IMG/VR virus record: IMGVR_UViG_3300032316_001438
Direction: 5' to 3' (one strand)
DNA from: an uncultured virus (IMG/VR IMGVR_UViG_3300032316_001438)
Lineage: Duplodnaviria > Heunggongvirae > Uroviricota > Caudoviricetes
Length of the DNA: 64,000 nt
Each line of letters begins with the position of its first letter. Within the stretch, counting starts at the first letter, position 1. The position numbers and the translations under genes are program-made. A model generated the notes under the pieces. The model was given only the letters and a program-made list of their open reading frames with translations, did not search any database and had not been told where the DNA came from. Shown piece by piece: positions 9,317-19,493 of the stretch.

Positions 9317-11866
9317 TTACTCTTTCAGTTGTTTGCAAATACGTTGTACTATCATGCGCAAAGCTTTGCTGTCGTTATGATGGATGGCACGCTTCCACTT
9401 TAGGTTTGTTTTCCACTTTTCAACTTCGCTATCAACCTTTTCATCGGTTGGCATCGTCCCAGATAGTTTGAAGACTTCACCTTGAACTAACTTCTTGAAA
9501 TCGACCTCGCTTTTCTTTTCTTCTAAAAGTTGCTTGCGCACTTCCCACAGAAGGGGCATCATGTGTTTGTAGGAAGCTCGGTCTACACGCGAGTTGACGT
9601 AAAATTCGATGTCCTCTACTATGATCTGGTCATAGTTGATGATGAAGGCGTCATCCGTGTAGATCTTCCAAGAAACATTGTTTTTCCTTTCTTCAGGCTC
9701 GGGCGAGTCCCAGGTCCTGAACATGCTGTGTTCGCCAACGGTATCTTTTGGGTTGTAGCGTATGCAAAGGAATTCGTGTTTGACGTCACGGTTAACGTAT
9801 TTGAAAGATTTTTCTTTTCTCCGTGATGTTATCATGCACAAGTGCAGCTCGCGAGGGTTCCAATCAACTTTGACATCTCCGTATTTTTTGTCATCGGTGA
9901 GTAACTCCCCGTCGTGGTCATGTGTGCGGTGATGGTCGAAGGTGCTCTTACTTACGATTTTTCCGAACCATTTTTTCTGATCTGTGTAGGACATCGTGAG
10001 GTCGACTTTCTCCCAACCTTTTTTGTTCCACCTATCATTATTTTGCTCGTCATCTGGGTGGAACCGTTTTTTTGATGGTGTCTCTGGTTTTGTCGGGTCG
10101 AAATCAGGATTCTCTATCCAGACTGGTTCGTTGACCCACTTCACACCTTTTTTAACATAGTAGAGCCCGTTATTTGGATTAGGTGGCAGGTGTGACCATC
10201 CCGATCCATCACCGAACCGGTCATCGAATCGATTGCCTTTTGTTTTTCTGGCATATTCCAATCCCGCTTCACTCATGTTGTCATGACCGAAAGATTCCTT
10301 GAATCCCCAATTGTCAGCCAATATTATACGAGAGCCATAGGTGATACCACTATTTAGCTTTGCCATCCATGCCCAGAAAGAGAGTTTCCCTGATGGTAGC
10401 GTCAGCTCATCATCGTAGATAAGGCGAACCAATCCTTTTTCCTGGAACTGAGGATCAAACATTTTTATTGGCTCTGGTATTGGATGTAGGATAGTGGTTC
10501 TGTCAAGCAACCCTTGAAACAATGTAAGCCGCATTTTATAAAAGAAGACATTATCTTCAGCGTATTCCTTTGCGTCAGATGTCTTACTCCCATCATGGCG
10601 GAAGTCTCTAAAAGGACTGTCTTTTCTTCTATTCTCCTCGGTGCGCATGTAAGCGGGTTCGCCTTCCCTCTTTGCTTCTATTGAATCTGCGAGCTTCCAA
10701 TACTCCAATAGCCTCTGCAGCTCATCACGTCTTGGAAAAAGGCGCGGAATGAATGAGATTTTATCTGTGATCAAACGATAAAGGTTATCACCGTTTCGGA
10801 TGAGTAAAAATGTTTGATCGTCCATATCTGCGAGCATTGCGCGTTGCTGCCCTTCCAGGTGGTCGCGTTTCTTTTCATACCTGCGCGTTTTAAAGGCAGC
10901 GATTCCTTTGGCTTCAGGCAATACTTTTTTGTCGTTATTATTTCTTGTAAGCCAGTCGTCAAAAGCTGCTATGCCCTTAGTGTTCCAATCTAATCCTTGG
11001 CCATCATCCCAGGGGTCTCCGACCTCTTCGTCCATAAACATGAGCCCTTGGCGAATGCTTACCGGGTCGGTTTCTTTAGCAGCAGGCCCTTCTTGGATTT
11101 GTGCGATCTCCTCGGAGATACCAAGGTAAAGTTCGATCGTGGTGATGACGCGGAATATCTTTGCAATCTTTTTTTCAAAGACTTTTATTGCAGCATACAT
11201 TTTATCCCTGACCACTTCAAGCTCGCGTTTTCGCATTTCGATGATCACCTCCATTGTTTTCCTTATGGAGATAGCGTGGTCACGCCTGGCTTCCAATTCG
11301 CGGTGGATAATCTCTAGCGACTCTTTGCTGCCAATATGTAAAAGTTGGGTGTCGGGGCCGGCATCTTTTACCTTAGTCTCAGCATCCATCTCATACATTG
11401 AGATGTCGCCTGTGGCCAATGCTTTCTCCGCTTCCGCAAAAAGCTCAAGCGGGTGCTTAGCTAATTTAGTGTGGCTGGTGTCTTTGGCGAATTCCTCCAG
11501 GCTCATTTCATATTCATAGCCTTTTAATCTGTTGGGTATAGGACCCCACCGCTTATCCCATTTGTACCAAAACTTTACAAGTACGGAAAATTCATACCCA
11601 TCGTTTTTGCGCTTCCCTTTGATCATCGTAGCATTTTCGAGAAGGTAAATATCAGCTTCCCCTGATCTACCCATGAAGTACATCGCGCCAAGTTCAAGCC
11701 TTTCGATTTTTTTACGGATTTCCGGCTGGTAGTCATGAGAAAACCTGTGCAACTCTTGCTCAACCCACCGCTGTTTTATTTTTCCGAATTCGCTATTATC
11801 AACAGCTTTTCCAGCGGTGGTATTGGTGCCAAGCCCGGAACTGGTTTTGGATAAATGACGGCTCAT
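9317..11866 (-). CDS. large hypothetical protein (849 aa) with coiled-coil region
   Basis: Long uninterrupted ORF; no catalytic motif recognised. Confidence 0.85.
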   Translation of the reverse strand: MSRHLSKTSSGLGTNTTAGKAVDNSEFGKIKQRWVEQELHRFSHDYQPEIRKKIERLELGAMYFMGRSGEADIYLLENATMIKGKRKNDGYEFSVLVKFWYKWDKRWGPIPNRLKGYEYEMSLEEFAKDTSHTKLAKHPLELFAEAEKALATGDISMYEMDAETKVKDAGPDTQLLHIGSKESLEIIHRELEARRDHAISIRKTMEVIIEMRKRELEVVRDKMYAAIKVFEKKIAKIFRVITTIELYLGISEEIAQIQEGPAAKETDPVSIRQGLMFMDEEVGDPWDDGQGLDWNTKGIAAFDDWLTRNNNDKKVLPEAKGIAAFKTRRYEKKRDHLEGQQRAMLADMDDQTFLLIRNGDNLYRLITDKISFIPRLFPRRDELQRLLEYWKLADSIEAKREGEPAYMRTEENRRKDSPFRDFRHDGSKTSDAKEYAEDNVFFYKMRLTLFQGLLDRTTILHPIPEPIKMFDPQFQEKGLVRLIYDDELTLPSGKLSFWAWMAKLNSGITYGSRIILADNWGFKESFGHDNMSEAGLEYARKTKGNRFDDRFGDGSGWSHLPPNPNNGLYYVKKGVKWVNEPVWIENPDFDPTKPETPSKKRFHPDDEQNNDRWNKKGWEKVDLTMSYTDQKKWFGKIVSKSTFDHHRTHDHDGELLTDDKKYGDVKVDWNPRELHLCMITSRRKEKSFKYVNRDVKHEFLCIRYNPKDTVGEHSMFRTWDSPEPEERKNNVSWKIYTDDAFIINYDQIIVEDIEFYVNSRVDRASYKHMMPLLWEVRKQLLEEKKSEVDFKKLVQGEVFKLSGTMPTDEKVDSEVEKWKTNLKWKRAIHHNDSKALRMIVQRICKQLKE

Positions 11867-11872
11867 TAGAAT

Positions 11873-12103
11873 TTAAGACTTTGCGTACGAAGGCATGACA
11901 GGATTGACAGTGTATAGAAAATCGACAAAAGTAGGTTCCTCGATTTGCGCTCCAGTGAAACGAAGGATTTCCTTTCCAGGGAAGGCCCGCTGAGCGATCT
12001 TCTTTCTCGCGAACACCCCAAATGATGGGATGGGCGATTTCTCCCATTCTTTGAGAGTTAGATCGGGTTGATAATAAACCTTGACCATTGTGGTTGATTT
12101 CAT
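11873..12103 (-). CDS. hypothetical protein
   Basis: 76 aa ORF in tightly packed block. Confidence 0.6.
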   Translation of the reverse strand: MKSTTMVKVYYQPDLTLKEWEKSPIPSFGVFARKKIAQRAFPGKEILRFTGAQIEEPTFVDFLYTVNPVMPSYAKS

Positions 12104-12121
12104 TTTGAGTAATTTTAATAG

Positions 12122-12340
12122 TTAATACGGAAATTCCATTTCAGATACACTCCTGCCGGCCTTCTTCTCAAGCTCCTTCCACTCGGTCTGAATTTCCTTG
12201 AGCCTGATTTTTACTTGCCACTGCGGTATCTCGCCGTCACAGGCAAGGTTCTCAGGGGACAGGCGACTGGCAAGGCCTTCGAAAGCTTTTGTCAGCTCAG
12301 CAGAAAGAGGGGCGATAGTCGGTGATGATGTTTTTGACAT
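12122..12340 (-). CDS. hypothetical protein
   Basis: 72 aa ORF with LSPENLACDGE motif. Confidence 0.7.
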   Translation of the reverse strand: MSKTSSPTIAPLSAELTKAFEGLASRLSPENLACDGEIPQWQVKIRLKEIQTEWKELEKKAGRSVSEMEFPY

Positions 12341-12352
12341 AAAGAAAAGGGT

Positions 12353-12661
12353 TTAGGCTATTGCCTGGTGTATAGTACACAAATCAAGAAGTGTTAGTTG
12401 GTCGCTTTCAACCGAGAAAGGATATTCATGCTCGCCATCATCATCACTAGTGACAACCATCAATTTATCCTCACTTTTGTCCAATGTAAGCCCGATCAAA
12501 AATTCGTTCTCACCGGCTTTTTCAGGCACGAATTTGTTTTCAGTAAAAATTACAGAAGGAAAGGGCGACTCTTTATCAATCTTAGAATTAAACGATGAAA
12601 GGATGGCGACAAAAACAGACTCCTTCAATATTTGATAGTCCTTTAGAAAAGTAGTTTTCAT
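12353..12661 (-). CDS. hypothetical protein
   Basis: 102 aa ORF. Confidence 0.6.
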   Translation of the reverse strand: MKTTFLKDYQILKESVFVAILSSFNSKIDKESPFPSVIFTENKFVPEKAGENEFLIGLTLDKSEDKLMVVTSDDDGEHEYPFSVESDQLTLLDLCTIHQAIA

Positions 12662-12679
12662 GGTTTCGGTTTTTACAGT

Positions 12680-13147
12680 TTAGTCTTTCCTTTGTGCTTC
12701 CAATTCCCGTAACACCTCAGAGATGGATTCCTTCACTCTGGGGGACTCCAAATATTCAGGCTTAGAATGCGGGCCAATCTTAACCTCACCTTTTGCCGAA
12801 ATAGTTGCCACAACTACACCCTCCTCTGAATTGAATAGGAATCCATCAATTGATATATCTCCAGTGTCATCGTTGACATAATTGTTATCAACCTGTTCGA
12901 ACATTTCAAGTGGTGCGATTTCTGGAAAAACAACGCTCTCTGAAATTCCGTACTCATCAACAGCAAGGTCTTGGATAGAATCGATGAACCCGATTACACC
13001 CTCAAGGTGTGTGGTGACTTGCCCGGATAACATTCTTTGTGCAATGAGATTATTGATACTTCTCTTTTGCTCGGCTAGTAACGCCCAGTTTGTATAAGAA
13101 CAGAAACCTTCGAAAGTGCTAAGAGTAATGGCTAAGTTGGTATTCAT
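12680..13147 (-). CDS. hypothetical protein (start revised to MNTNLAIT)
   Basis: ATG at 13147 is 51 bp downstream of the motif at 13198; the longer start overlaps the upstream gene. Confidence 0.65.
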   Translation of the reverse strand: MNTNLAITLSTFEGFCSYTNWALLAEQKRSINNLIAQRMLSGQVTTHLEGVIGFIDSIQDLAVDEYGISESVVFPEIAPLEMFEQVDNNYVNDDTGDISIDGFLFNSEEGVVVATISAKGEVKIGPHSKPEYLESPRVKESISEVLRELEAQRKD

Positions 13148-13208
13148 AATTTGAGTATTTACTAGGTGTATTTGAGTTAAACAGAAAGAGCAACCACCCG
13201 ACCGTCCA

Positions 13209-13490
13209 CTAGGGGCGATCAATAAAGACCTTCTTGTCTTGCGTCGCGCTAACATTAGGGTCAGCCTTTGCCGCGAACGCCTCGATAGCCGCTCGCTGTT
13301 CAGATGAAACCGGCTGGCGATAGGTGATTACCCGCTCAACGGAGATATGGGCAACTGTCAAATAATCCCGATTCCTTTCTCGGCTACGATCCCAAACAGT
13401 TGTACCATTTCCAAGTGAACCGAACCCTAGATCGCTCGCTTTCAAATTGTCAATTGCCTTTGCCATAACTTTAATCTTATTGTTTTTCAA
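13209..13490 (-). CDS. hypothetical protein
   Basis: 93 aa ORF with LGNGTTVWDR...VAHIS motif. Confidence 0.65.
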   Translation of the reverse strand: MKNNKIKVMAKAIDNLKASDLGFGSLGNGTTVWDRSRERNRDYLTVAHISVERVITYRQPVSSEQRAAIEAFAAKADPNVSATQDKKVFIDRP

Positions 13491-13761
13491 TAACCATTGA
13501 GTCCAATCTATTGCTGATGAAATCGGAGATAGAGCGGTTCTTTCTCACGTTTCCATTTTTGGTGTACATCACTGATTTGGCCTTCCCAATCGTGCGGATC
13601 ATTCTACTCATACTAAGGCAATCATCAATGAACTCGATATCAGCCACGCAAGTTTTTAAATCCGAACCATTATCAACGATCGTTTCGGCTAACAGTAAGT
13701 ACTCATCCTGCTTTATCACTGAGGTACCGTATTTTTCAGATCCTAGTATTGAGTGGCTCAT
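13477..13761 (-). CDS. hypothetical protein (start revised to MSHSILG)
   Basis: ATG downstream of the motif at 13828. Confidence 0.55.
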   Translation of the reverse strand: MSHSILGSEKYGTSVIKQDEYLLLAETIVDNGSDLKTCVADIEFIDDCLSMSRMIRTIGKAKSVMYTKNGNVRKNRSISDFISNRLDSMVIEKQ

Positions 13762-13821
13762 GTTCGAAACTTTAGAATTAAATCTCTTCAACCAGTAGTG
13801 CAAAAGAAAGCCGGGACAACA

Positions 13822-14010
13822 CTAAACCCGACCGCTCCGGGCCTTGGACTGGTCAACGTATGCCTTCGCAAGCGCTTCACCATGTCCGGCTATGACTGCG
13901 GAGTGAATGTTCTTGAAGCCTAGCTCGTTGGCTTTCTCACGCATAGCGGAACGCTTTTTTTTCATTGCAGAAAAGTTGAGCATCGATTTTTTGTTATTCA
14001 TAGATTCCAA
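13822..14010 (-). CDS. small hypothetical protein
   Basis: 62 aa basic ORF. Confidence 0.5.
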   Translation of the reverse strand: MESMNNKKSMLNFSAMKKKRSAMREKANELGFKNIHSAVIAGHGEALAKAYVDQSKARSGRV

Positions 14011-14017
14011 ATTGGAG

Positions 14018-14281
14018 TTAGTTGCTGTCTGTCATTTCGCAAAAAGGAATTTCCTCTTTGGTCGCCTCTACGAGTGAATTACAATGAACTAGGCCGACAA
14101 GTTTTCCGTTTCTAGCCACGTAGCAATGTCCCATGGTGTTTGCGGGTGGACATCCAGATGGCGACTTTACGACCTCCACGCGCATACCAGGGCGTAGATC
14201 TGTTTTAGGGTCGCATCGATCCATCATAACCGGCTGGTAGACGTAAGTAGTGTTGATTGTGACCATGTTTAGTTTTGCCAT
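14018..14281 (-). CDS. hypothetical protein
   Basis: 87 aa ORF with GCPPANTMGHCYV motif; follows motif at 14336. Confidence 0.7.
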   Translation of the reverse strand: MAKLNMVTINTTYVYQPVMMDRCDPKTDLRPGMRVEVVKSPSGCPPANTMGHCYVARNGKLVGLVHCNSLVEATKEEIPFCEMTDSN

Positions 14282-14391
14282 TTTGTTTAATGATGATTTA
14301 GCCTATTACCACACCAAGGAATACAGAGAACACCGCCGACCGAACCACGCGCAGCGGAAAAAAATGTCAAAAATATCACCCCAATTAATAT

Positions 14392-14946
14392 CTATAAAAG
14401 ACCTTCATTTGCAAAACTGAAATAGCTGTTTTCCGTCACAATCAAGTGGTCAAGCAGGCGTATCTCCAATAGCTCACAGGACTTTTTTATTTTCTTGGTA
14501 AGTGAGACATCTGAATCAGAGGGCTTTAAATTTCCGCTCGGGTGGTTATGACAAATTAAAATTGAAACCATGCCAGGGCAGAGCAGAGCCTTTTGAAACA
14601 ACAATTTTAAGTCCACTGGGCAAAAAGCAACTCCACCGGCTCCGATTTCATTGTATCCGATTAGTCTATTGGCTTGATTGAGGAAAAAACAAAAGAAGCG
14701 TTCACGATAGGAGATATCAGAAGGCCAGATAGTGCGGATCATGTGACTAACTGTATCAGAGTCATTCACTTTTATGTCAGGAAACTTCTCTAGTTTGACA
14801 TACTCAACTTTTAGCTCGCCCATATAACCGGATAAAAGCTGTTCATCTTCTCTATTAGGACAAGAAGATTTAGCGTTTGATGGATCAAGAGTTGAAAAAC
14901 CCGTATCGAAAAGGGAAGTCTGGGCAGGATAGGTAGAGTTTCGCAT
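14392..14946 (-). CDS. RadC-like JAB/MPN domain protein
   Basis: HNHPSG...S.SD and LLDHLIV motifs. Confidence 0.92.
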   Translation of the reverse strand: MRNSTYPAQTSLFDTGFSTLDPSNAKSSCPNREDEQLLSGYMGELKVEYVKLEKFPDIKVNDSDTVSHMIRTIWPSDISYRERFFCFFLNQANRLIGYNEIGAGGVAFCPVDLKLLFQKALLCPGMVSILICHNHPSGNLKPSDSDVSLTKKIKKSCELLEIRLLDHLIVTENSYFSFANEGLL

Positions 14947-15036
14947 AACCCGTCATTAAGCACTAAAGGAGAGAAACGTAAACCCGACCGCCCATGGAAA
15001 TAAAAACGGCATTTTGCAGATGATAAAAGAAAGCAG

Positions 15037-15060
15037 TAAGTTTGTTCAGACGTCTAAAAC
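15037..15060 (+). promoter_or_regulatory. Bacteroidota -7 element TAAGTTTG followed by ACGTCTAAAA
   Basis: Consensus match upstream of the ATG at 15078. Confidence 0.6.
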
Positions 15061-15077
15061 CAAAATAAACAATCGCT

Positions 15078-15953
15078 ATGGAAAACAAGCTAGATTCAAC
15101 TATCGACATTGTAGGGTTATTACAGCCTGGAGCCAAAGGATTAGATTCATTTGTACATCCTGAGGGAAACTATTTTAGTCAGAAGAATATGGGACACATG
15201 GTGTCAGCCAACATGGCAATGTTTGCCGTGCTTAAAATGTGTGAAGCCAGAGATAACAATAATCCGCTGGGAGCGTACTCAATATGCGATAGTAGCTTGA
15301 AGGTTTTACGTAGCGAGCATCAGCCAATAGTAGAGGGAGCACTGCGTCAGCTAAACTCAGACAAGCTCAATAGCGTGGATGTTGCATTGATGGCCTTCGA
15401 GACAACGCGCAATAGCTTGCGTGGCCCTGTTACAAATAACACGATTAATGTGGCACGGGATACAGAGCGGAGAGATAGATTCTTGGGTGCTGTATCTAAT
15501 TTGGTGAACAGCAATTACAAGGGCATGGTTAACAACATGGATCAGGCCAGAACTTTGTACCAGGATCAAAAGAACGACAAAGCAAAGAATCACCAGCTTG
15601 GGGTAGCATCACTTGTGACCGTTAATGAGATAAAAGCTGAGCGCTGGAGAGAGTTAAAGGCAGCAACGTTGATCTCCTTGAACTCGATTCTGACAAAGAC
15701 ACAGCAGGCGGCAACAAAAGTATCTTCAGTTCTTCAAGGTGTTGTCAAAAACCAGAAAGCACAGATATCTTTAGTTGATAATAGCATAAGTGAAAATGAG
15801 CGCAAAGCGAAAGCCTTAGGCTTCGATGATAAGACGTTGGCCAGCGTTAAAGCGGGCACGTTAAAGTACTTCCCAGGAACAGCGATGGAAGCCAAGGCAC
15901 CGGCGATGGCAAGCTTTCAGGAGCTGGACCAGACAAGGGGCAGGAGCATGTAG
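15078..15953 (+). CDS. hypothetical protein
   Basis: 291 aa helical ORF with C-terminus QELDQTRGRSM. Confidence 0.75.
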   Translation: MENKLDSTIDIVGLLQPGAKGLDSFVHPEGNYFSQKNMGHMVSANMAMFAVLKMCEARDNNNPLGAYSICDSSLKVLRSEHQPIVEGALRQLNSDKLNSVDVALMAFETTRNSLRGPVTNNTINVARDTERRDRFLGAVSNLVNSNYKGMVNNMDQARTLYQDQKNDKAKNHQLGVASLVTVNEIKAERWRELKAATLISLNSILTKTQQAATKVSSVLQGVVKNQKAQISLVDNSISENERKAKALGFDDKTLASVKAGTLKYFPGTAMEAKAPAMASFQELDQTRGRSM

Positions 15954-16020
15954 TCGTATTTGGTAGGATGAATTAATCTTTCAGAAGAAAGAGTAAAAAA
16001 TAAATTAAAATGTTCACATC

Positions 16021-16281
16021 ATGTCAGTAGATAAAAAAATGGAGGAGGCCTCAAATGATCCCAAAAGTATTTTTTATGGGGCAAGAGCTTTTACCGAGCA
16101 GCAAATGAGTCTTGAGCAGGCCGAGCAAGAAAACATTTTGCTTGACCAGCAGGTGACCAGTGGGCTCCAGCGAGTAGAGCAACTCAAGCAGGAAGTTCTT
16201 GACTTGGGGAAAAGCAAGGAGTCAAAAGACAAGAACCTGGAGAACATCTTGAAGTTTCAAAAGGATATGGGTATCCAGTAA
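16021..16281 (+). CDS. small coiled-coil protein
   Basis: 86 aa Q/E/L-rich ORF. Confidence 0.65.
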   Translation: MSVDKKMEEASNDPKSIFYGARAFTEQQMSLEQAEQENILLDQQVTSGLQRVEQLKQEVLDLGKSKESKDKNLENILKFQKDMGIQ

Positions 16282-16299
16282 AATTAACAACGGACAAGA

Positions 16300-16563
16300 A
16301 TGAACCATTTAAAAAACGAATTACTTAAAAGTCATCTCACTAAACTGGAGACATCCGTTGAAATTATCAGCGACATGATCGCGCACAAGTCGAATCTTCT
16401 TCGTGCGGCCGTGGAGCTAGAGGATGGTGCGCTGGAAACAGAGTTAAAATCTGAGATCAACGCGCTTGCTAAGGAAAAATCAATGTGCTATGACTCAACT
16501 GTTAATGAGTCAATATTCACTAAGGCCATCGGGCAGTACGCTACATATCTTAAAGCAAACTAA
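16300..16563 (+). CDS. small helical protein, candidate antitoxin
   Basis: 87 aa ORF ending 3 bp before the zeta toxin gene. Confidence 0.55.
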   Translation: MNHLKNELLKSHLTKLETSVEIISDMIAHKSNLLRAAVELEDGALETELKSEINALAKEKSMCYDSTVNESIFTKAIGQYATYLKAN

Positions 16564-16566
16564 TCG

Positions 16567-17499
16567 ATGGAGGTAGAAGTTTTTGATGGGATGTCCTCCA
16601 GGGAGCTTCGAATGCTGGAAGTAGACATATTCTCCTACGAGTTAGATGGCAAGAAACCATCGGAGAATAAAGTGCTGGCGATAATTGGTGGGCAACCGGC
16701 ATCAGGAAAGAGCTTGCTTCTAGAAAAGCTATCTGGTGAACTAGGAAGTGACCAGACTGTAGTCATAAATGGTGATGAACTTCGTCGATATCACCCTAAC
16801 TACAGGCAGTGGGCAAAGAGTGATGACAAAACTGTGGCGGACAAAACACAGCCTTTCGCCAATCACATGTGCAATCACCTTAAAAGAGAAGCCCTTTTGC
16901 GGGGATTAAATGTTGTCATCGAGGGCACAATGAGAGACGCTCAAATATCGGTATCCACAGCGAAGGAATTTGCAGCAATGGGCTATCGCGTTGGCGCACA
17001 TATCATGGCGGTGACAGGGGAGAGGAGCATTTTAGGCGTTCATAAGAGGTATGAGGCGCAAAAGTTACTTCACGGTCATGGCCGATTTACCCAGGAGGGT
17101 ATACATGATCAATCCTATTTTGCAGTACCAAGAACAGCCGATATATTGTACGAGCTTCAGGAGGTGCATGAAATTAATATCTACAACTACAAAGGAGACA
17201 ATATCTACGAAAACTACAGAAAGCCATCGATAAAGTGGTCTGTCAAAAACTTTGATACAGAGTGGAGTATGCCGGTGGAGCCGAGTATTGCAATAAATGA
17301 GGAGCGACGCAGGGATCTGAGCTTCAATGAGAAAGTGGAGATCGCCAGGGATTGGAGCTTGATCGTGGCATTACAACACAACAGGGGAGTGGTGAACGAT
17401 TTTTGCGAGCGTAATCTTGAAAGGGTGAAGTCGACTTATGTCTCAGAGGAAAATGTGTTCGGCTCCAGGCGCACGGTTGGAGCTAGAATCGGGTTATAA
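16567..17499 (+). CDS. zeta toxin family P-loop kinase
   Basis: GGQPASGKS Walker A, INGDELRRYHPNY, IEGTMR and R....H motifs. Confidence 0.9.
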   Translation: MEVEVFDGMSSRELRMLEVDIFSYELDGKKPSENKVLAIIGGQPASGKSLLLEKLSGELGSDQTVVINGDELRRYHPNYRQWAKSDDKTVADKTQPFANHMCNHLKREALLRGLNVVIEGTMRDAQISVSTAKEFAAMGYRVGAHIMAVTGERSILGVHKRYEAQKLLHGHGRFTQEGIHDQSYFAVPRTADILYELQEVHEINIYNYKGDNIYENYRKPSIKWSVKNFDTEWSMPVEPSIAINEERRRDLSFNEKVEIARDWSLIVALQHNRGVVNDFCERNLERVKSTYVSEENVFGSRRTVGARIGL

Positions 17500-17520
17500 A
17501 AATCAACAATTCACAATCAA

Positions 17521-17754
17521 CTATTTTTTTGCACCTTCCTTTTCCAGTGGCCACAGATGAGAAAAACAATACTCTTCAATACTCAGGTTGCTTCCTGTTT
17601 CCTCAATGAATGATCTCCACTGCTGCCGCAACCTCGTTTTGTTTTCAGTGAACCACTTTATCATTTGAGCGAAATCGGGATAGTTAGAATATTGAACAAA
17701 AGAGTTCCCCCTGCCGCTAACTCCGAATTTTAAATCACTTTCAATTTTATCCAT
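17521..17754 (-). CDS. hypothetical protein
   Basis: 77 aa ORF. Confidence 0.55.
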   Translation of the reverse strand: MDKIESDLKFGVSGRGNSFVQYSNYPDFAQMIKWFTENKTRLRQQWRSFIEETGSNLSIEEYCFSHLWPLEKEGAKK

Positions 17755-17760
17755 AAAAAA

Positions 17761-18372
17761 TTAACGTTTAGAGGGCTCTGCATATTTAACCTTAATCCAT
17801 TTAAAAAATTCCTCTTCGCTCCACCACACTGGCGGAAGTGTTGGTTTTGGTGAAATGCATCTCCATGTGATTTTTCCTCCTTCTAATTTTGTATCAGCAC
17901 ACTCATTTTTAAGGCGAAGACCATCGGAGGTGCCACACCAGCCAAGACGAGACCAGCCTGCAGCAATGACATTCTTAGAATAAAGGTTCGGGCCTGTACG
18001 GATGGCCAGCTGGCGGAAGTAGTCGTCCTTCTGGGGCATGAACAAATCCAGCATTATGCCCTCGGGTAATTTTACCTGAACGAACCTTCCCTTCTCAGGG
18101 TCGCCCTTTAGTATTTCACCAAGGCTCTTAATGGTGTCAACGAATTGCTTACCTCGCTTTGCACCGGAAGTGTCTCCGAAAAAATCTATTGTCGAGGCTG
18201 ATACTCGGGGGGCGCAAAGTATTTCGATATCTCCAACCATTGAGTTGCTGCGCCTGATGGATCCAGCCACGTCGATCAAATCACAAAGCGGGCGCAAGAG
18301 CTCGTACTTGGATTTGGCGATGGCTCTAGCCATATTTAGTTCCATGGATGCTTTTTGTATGGTTTCCATCAT
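17761..18372 (-). CDS. DNA polymerase X / pol-beta-like nucleotidyltransferase domain protein (start revised)
   Basis: AGSIRR....GDIEIL, LDLF, RTG and SEEEFF motifs; lacks N-terminal lyase and PHP domains. Confidence 0.85.
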   Translation of the reverse strand: MMETIQKASMELNMARAIAKSKYELLRPLCDLIDVAGSIRRSNSMVGDIEILCAPRVSASTIDFFGDTSGAKRGKQFVDTIKSLGEILKGDPEKGRFVQVKLPEGIMLDLFMPQKDDYFRQLAIRTGPNLYSKNVIAAGWSRLGWCGTSDGLRLKNECADTKLEGGKITWRCISPKPTLPPVWWSEEEFFKWIKVKYAEPSKR

Positions 18373-18415
18373 AATAGATAAAGGTAGCAAGTAGATAGTA
18401 TTGTTCAAAAATTGC

Positions 18416-18976
18416 TCAAATCTGAGAAAGTGAGTTCTTAAGTGTTTCACAACACAACCGATATAGTTCACGATCACCACCGCGCATGTTTTCCAGAATA
18501 TATTCTTTTTCACGAAGGTAGACCCTAGCGAAACTTTTGTCGTAGGTGACAATGGAGCTGCTATTGTCTATCAAATCAGCGTATTTGACACTCTGGGCGA
18601 AATCAGGTATAGTTCCCAGCCGAATGGCTTCTAACCGCTTTCGCTCCTGGCGGTTTACCGCAGGAAAGGCAGTGGAGGTATACACATCTGTTAGCGCCCA
18701 TACCCCGGAAACAATCTGTGACACAATACGATGCTCGTAGCCAGTCTGAAGCAAAGCCGCGCTTAAGTCGAACTCACGGCATTCGGTATCTTCAAAAAGA
18801 TCATGGCACAAGGCGATCTCGACACTAACCTCATCTTTCAAATGTATACTCACTATTTCAGCCACATTGACAAGGTGAGTATAGTAGGGTAGGTCAGTGT
18901 ACCTCCTAAGCTGTTTACCATGCTGCAGCATGACGAATTCAAGCAAGCTATGCTGTTTTTGGGAAAGAAACTCCAT
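18416..18976 (-). CDS. HD-domain hydrolase (SpoT/Mesh1-like)
   Basis: HGKQLR....PYYTHL, ALCHDLFEDT and VKYADLIDN motifs. Confidence 0.88.
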   Translation of the reverse strand: MEFLSQKQHSLLEFVMLQHGKQLRRYTDLPYYTHLVNVAEIVSIHLKDEVSVEIALCHDLFEDTECREFDLSAALLQTGYEHRIVSQIVSGVWALTDVYTSTAFPAVNRQERKRLEAIRLGTIPDFAQSVKYADLIDNSSSIVTYDKSFARVYLREKEYILENMRGGDRELYRLCCETLKNSLSQI

Positions 18977-19479
18977 TAGATGTTTGTGTTTAGGATTGAC
19001 TCACCTGTTAATAGTTTCGACTTCACACTCATTACAAACGCGCCCAACTTGGCCTTATCTAGGCCGGCAAGAGTCTGGCCTTTAGGCAATTTGTAGACCG
19101 CGTAAGAACTTGCGCCCTTTACGCCGACCACAATACCGGTGAGCATTGCCTTTCTTAATTTGGTTTCAAAATCTTTTTCCACCTTTAGCTCAATGAAGTC
19201 GTTAACGATAGAATAAATAACTGTCTCAAGAGACTGTTTGTAACTGAATGACTTATCCCGTAATTTTTTGGTGATATCTGGCAACGATTCACAGTATTTC
19301 TCAGCCTTAGTAATAATGTCTCTTTTTCCCTGATAAGGCAGATAATCGGTGCTACCTCCGTGTCCTCTATTTTTAGCCCTACCGACAGGTCGCCCGTCAA
19401 TATAAAGGTCAGCTGTGAAAGCATACGTTTCTTGACTAAGGGAGCTTAGGTGCTTTATGTTTTTTAAAGATATTTTCAT
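18976..19479 (-). CDS. hypothetical protein
   Basis: 167 aa ORF with SQET.AFTADLY...N.GHGG motif. Confidence 0.75.
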   Translation of the reverse strand: MKISLKNIKHLSSLSQETYAFTADLYIDGRPVGRAKNRGHGGSTDYLPYQGKRDIITKAEKYCESLPDITKKLRDKSFSYKQSLETVIYSIVNDFIELKVEKDFETKLRKAMLTGIVVGVKGASSYAVYKLPKGQTLAGLDKAKLGAFVMSVKSKLLTGESILNTNI

Positions 19480-19493
19480 AAACTAAAATATTA

